The position numbers and the translations under genes were made by a program. From positions 4,030,001-4,094,000 of the forward strand of contig JAYWIR010000005.1 in NCBI GenBank assembly GCA_036172245.1: a stretch of DNA of 64,000 nt, written 5' to 3'. Position 1 is the stretch's first letter; each line of letters opens with the position of its first letter. This DNA comes from Raillietiella orientalis (taxonomy: Eukaryota). This document shows, one piece after another, positions 59,988-64,000 of this stretch. The notes under the pieces are model-generated. The model worked only from the letters and a program-made list of their open reading frames with translations, was not told the DNA's origin and ran no database searches.

Positions 59988-62199
59988 GTGAGTAGTTCTT
60001 TAACCATGCTTTCTTAGGGTTTTACAAGTACATGCTGTATTTATCAGGATTACAACGCTTCAGCACATCATTTTGATAAATTTTGATATTAGTGGGAAAC
60101 TTGCATGCTTTATGGCTTTCGGAGATCTTCACGAAAGTAATAAGGATCTGATTTTTTTTTTTACAACCTGCTTCCATCTGTTGTTAAAAATACGAACCAT
60201 TTGTTTTTGTTTTTTTCCGACAGTTCCGGGCCTCTGCTGTGGCCTTTGCACGCGGTCCCGTGAAAACACTTTGACCGGAGTTTTTAGCGAAACGTGTGCA
60301 AAATGGCCAAAGTCCTTCAAGAAGCTGCGCGTGTGCTTCTTCTGTCTTCTTTAGCTTGTTAGAATTAGTCATTTCCTTCTTCCTTTTTTTATGTGTGGTT
60401 TTTTAAAAGCACATGTAAAAAAAAGCACCTGTGTTTCCGCACTCATTTTTTCTTCGGATGCGAGGAAACGGCGAACGTGTAGCCCGCGTAACTGTGAAGA
60501 TGCCCGTTTCTCCGCAGCTGCATCCCTTCAGCGGTCGGAAGGGATGCGAGAAGGCTTTTCCTGGATGGAAGGTCCACACCTGTGATGCGTTCTGAATCGG
60601 AAATCTCGAAAACGGATGAAATCTGTGCAGCGGGCGACAATTTTCTCTCGAGAAAGATGGAGTGTATGCTGCAAATGCCTTAACATGGGTGGTGTTTTTT
60701 TTTCCATAGTCGAGTTCAAAGTGATGTCCGCATGCGCACCCGTTTTTGTTTCTGAATAAACGGGAGGAAGGAGAAAAAACAAACAAACAAAAAAAAACGT
60801 GTATGGTTTTTCCATTTCATCTTCGTTTTTTCTTTCGTACATGCGAATCGAGTAACCGTAGTACACGTGCCCGTGTTTTTCGGGTAATGGTTAGACAGTT
60901 TTTCATTTCAATTGATAAAGAAGTAGCAACCGTACATCTTTGAAATCTGAAGAGAAAACTAGCTAAAAACGCAAACTAAACGCTAACTAAAAACGCTAAT
61001 TCGGGACCAACCTCTAAATTCGAAACGCATCGGCCATTGAGAAAATCATAGATGACCTGACTCGCAAACAGTAGAAAAGCGAAAGGCAGGTGCTTGCTTT
61101 ACCGTCGCACATTTATTTTATTTTATTTTTCAAAACATTTCTGCTTCCTCTCCCGGCAGCAGTGTGTAAAGGCAGAGTCTAAAAGCTTATTCCTTTAGAC
61201 GTGCGGGGCGAACTAAACGAAAGGGAAACCAGGTGACGGTTGTCTACACGAACACAGCTCTTGCCGTTCGCTGCTCACAGTGTGCACGAATGCACACTTT
61301 GGTTGTGCTTTCAGCTTCTTGGTGTGAAGGACGATGAGCACCGAGATGGTGAAGCAGATCGGCAGCAAGTTATCAGGAAATCATTTTTTTTTCTTCTTCT
61401 CTTAATGATTCCGTTCTTAGTTAACGTTGGGGCCTTCGGTCACTGCTAGAAAATCATCTCTCGGGGCTTTCACGATGTGTGTGCGTTCATTGCGTGCCTT
61501 CGCGCACGCATTAAAATCAAACAGAATACAAGTAGAATAGCCAGTGTACCTTTATTCGCGCACCTTTACAAAAAATCACGTGTACTTATGGTTTGAAACG
61601 AAAAAAAAGTGCATCGTTTTCTCAGTGCTTGGCGTGTTTGTGATTTATGAATTTTCAAAGCAGCAGCAGCAGCAGAATTCGTGTATATCGCACTGGCTTT
61701 TGTACTGATCATCTAATAAGATGACGATGATAGCTGCAGAAAACTGCTCGAAAATTTCAAGTCCTAAGCGGTGTGGGATGTACACACTGTCTTATACTTT
61801 GGATTGGTTAATAAATATTGCACTTCTCATGAAAACGAAAGCCGCTGACTGCTGGTTCTTTCCCCTTAAGCAAAGACAGGCAAAGAAAGGCATTTCCGTA
61901 ACGGAATGGTGGTGTACATTAATTAGCGTACTTGCTAAGAAGAACTTTCGAATTCATCTCAAAACTATGGTATGAGCTCTTGGTCTGTTCAGAAAGATCT
62001 GTGCGTGTTCATTTTTCAAGCAAGTTGCTGCAGAACTCAGGTGATTCCATGCGTTCTGCTCGAGCACTCAGGTGATTCAGGGTGATTTTGGTACCGTATT
62101 GCAGAGGCGATTTCCAATACTGGAAAGCGACTGCTTTCAGACTTTGAGAGCATTATCTAAGTTAACCAAGTAGGCTTCTAGTAATGAAATTGGGTTCCT

Positions 62200-63600
62200 A
62201 AGGCAGCATTTTCAAAGTTCGTTTAGTGGATGTGGCACAAACAGAAAGAACTCTTTGTACATGTTTGTGAGAAAACCAGCAAAGAGAAAGCACATATTTC
62301 GAAGCATGTGTGTGTTTTTTCCCATTAAGTGAGCTATGAATGTGACTCCGTATCCCACGGTAGACATAAACATGCTTATCGCAAAGTTATACCGATCTTT
62401 CATGTAGTACCTGCCACATCCGTGTCTCTTGTGTCCCAAATGTCACATGGCACATCTCCCGTACGAGGTTGACTGACTTGACGAACTTGCTTTTACCTCG
62501 GATGTCCATTCACGTCCAGTTCAGCTGCACTTTTGGTTTCAAATCATATCTCTCTCCTTCCATGAGCAGCATCATCATAGAAGTCGCTCCTCCCTCCCTC
62601 TGCCACGAACATTCGTGTAGTGTTAGAGAAGAATCAAAGGAGAACTCCAGAGTGCACTCTGAACATCTGTTGTAATAATACACATGTTCGAGACTTTGGC
62701 ATTCATGGATCTTCTTTCCTAGCAGAACTGATACGTCATCTTCACCAGGGATTCGCATATTTGCACGAATACGGCTATCGCATGCGGCCACGAAGAAGAA
62801 CTCATGTGCCGGAGAGAGTCTCCGTATTTCCATAAAACGACACTTTCGTTTTCTTTTCAACATTTACCTTCGAATCAATCCGATATTGGCCGTATTTCGT
62901 GTGTGCGTTCTCATCATGATGCAAAACGATTTCGGGTTCCGTTCTTTCAGTTGAGGTTCGGAATGCTTTCGGTGCCGCACAGAGTTTTTGGAAAGGAAAG
63001 CCCAATACTGAGTGACTTTTGTTTTATAATTTCATCTTTGCATCTCACGTGCCCCTCCTGTCTAGATCACATCACAGATCTGTAGAGGACAGGAGTCAGC
63101 ACCAAGAAACGAGGGTTCGGTGATTTTTTCCGCGGAGCGAGAATCCAGTTTCATCTCTGGTTGTGTTGTTTTCAGCATGTTGGAATCTTCACTTACCTTC
63201 CTGCTTTTGATAAAATGTTATTTTCAAAGACTATTATACGTCAATTGCAGCAATTTCGAGAGAAAGGGACTTTGTCGAGGTATCTGGATCAGTAGGTAAA
63301 ACATTCACTTTCAAGATATATCTGTTCCCCAAAACATCTTTATCGCCAAACTGTGCACACGATAGTGCATTGAAGTATTTGCGTGGATCTCTTGAATTTT
63401 TTGCTTTGTTCCTTGGCATGGAATATCATCCAAAACTTCATGCATCTGCCCAATTAAAACTGTTGTCAGTGTTGTGACAGATGTGTTTCCGTAAATATTA
63501 TTTGAAAGAGTATTTATTTCAGTACATAGACTTGGCTGTGCACAACTTTTGAGATGGATCTTTCAGGGTCTTTGCTTCTCATCTTTTCCGTTTGCAACCT
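62200..63600 (-). pseudogene. Decayed C2H2 zinc-finger array, antisense within the NFI intron
   Basis: Remnants include YNRCSECTLEFSFDSSLTLHE, LCDKH...IRSHIHS...GKK, PFQKLC..PKAF...HT, KYFNALSCAQF and YLRKH. A similar piece lies at about 60450-60750. Confidence 0.45.
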
Positions 63601-64000
63601 TTCGGAATATTCGTCAAACTTGACTGAATGTCCACGTCCGCATCTTTTCATTTTTCGGAAACATTTCAATGTGCTCACAAAATTAATGTAAAGAGTATTT
63701 ATTTATTTGTTGTGTCTTACTTGGCTTTTTTTTTTTTTTTTTTCATTTTAGAACGTGTTGTGTATATGTGCTGTGTATACGTACGTCATGCGTTTTTCTT
63801 TACAGAAATTTTTGACACTTTATTCGTGCATCCAGAATCCTTCTTCAACTCCGTAAATATATCGCGCGCGTGTGTTTTTAGTGATTTGCTCTGATTCACT
63901 GCGGGCGCTTTTTTAAAAAAAAAAAAAAAAAAAATCTCGATATCACATGGTATCCCTGCTGCCTTCCAAAGAAGAACCTATGGGGATGACCCATGTTTTC

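Noticed and set aside
1..64000. CRISPR arrays, tRNA/rRNA genes, prokaryotic operons
   Set aside because: I saw no regularly spaced repeats, cloverleaf structures or rRNA motifs, and the genes present have spliceosomal introns.

Overview
This is animal genomic DNA with spliceosomal introns, probably invertebrate or arthropod (47-53 nt introns, an insect-type U2 fragment). Almost none of the long ORFs in the supplied track are real genes. Three host genes are recognisable. (1) A complete 5-coding-exon HAPSTR1/C16orf72 gene on the minus strand (33-1067). (2) The ankyrin/coiled-coil half of a Sans/USH1G-family gene on the plus strand (7786-13817); its SAM domain appears only as a disrupted remnant near 39.8-40.3 kb. 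(3) The conserved [14 protein letters not shown]-binding exon of Nuclear factor I (59832-59987). About 4.8-37 kb is a sharply bounded GC-rich island in otherwise AT-rich DNA. It is a graveyard of roughly ten decayed RLE-clade (NeSL/Utopia-like) non-LTR retrotransposons, plus a four-copy unclassified repeat ('R'). It also holds one young 1.7-kb composite: two head-to-head retrotransposon 3' ends around an R copy, bounded by an 8-bp direct repeat. The 44-59 kb region holds about five decayed Penelope-like elements and a 3'-truncated U2 snRNA retrocopy with a 13-bp direct repeat. Decayed C2H2 zinc-finger arrays lie antisense at 60-63.6 kb. All family assignments are by eye from remembered motifs; no searches were run.
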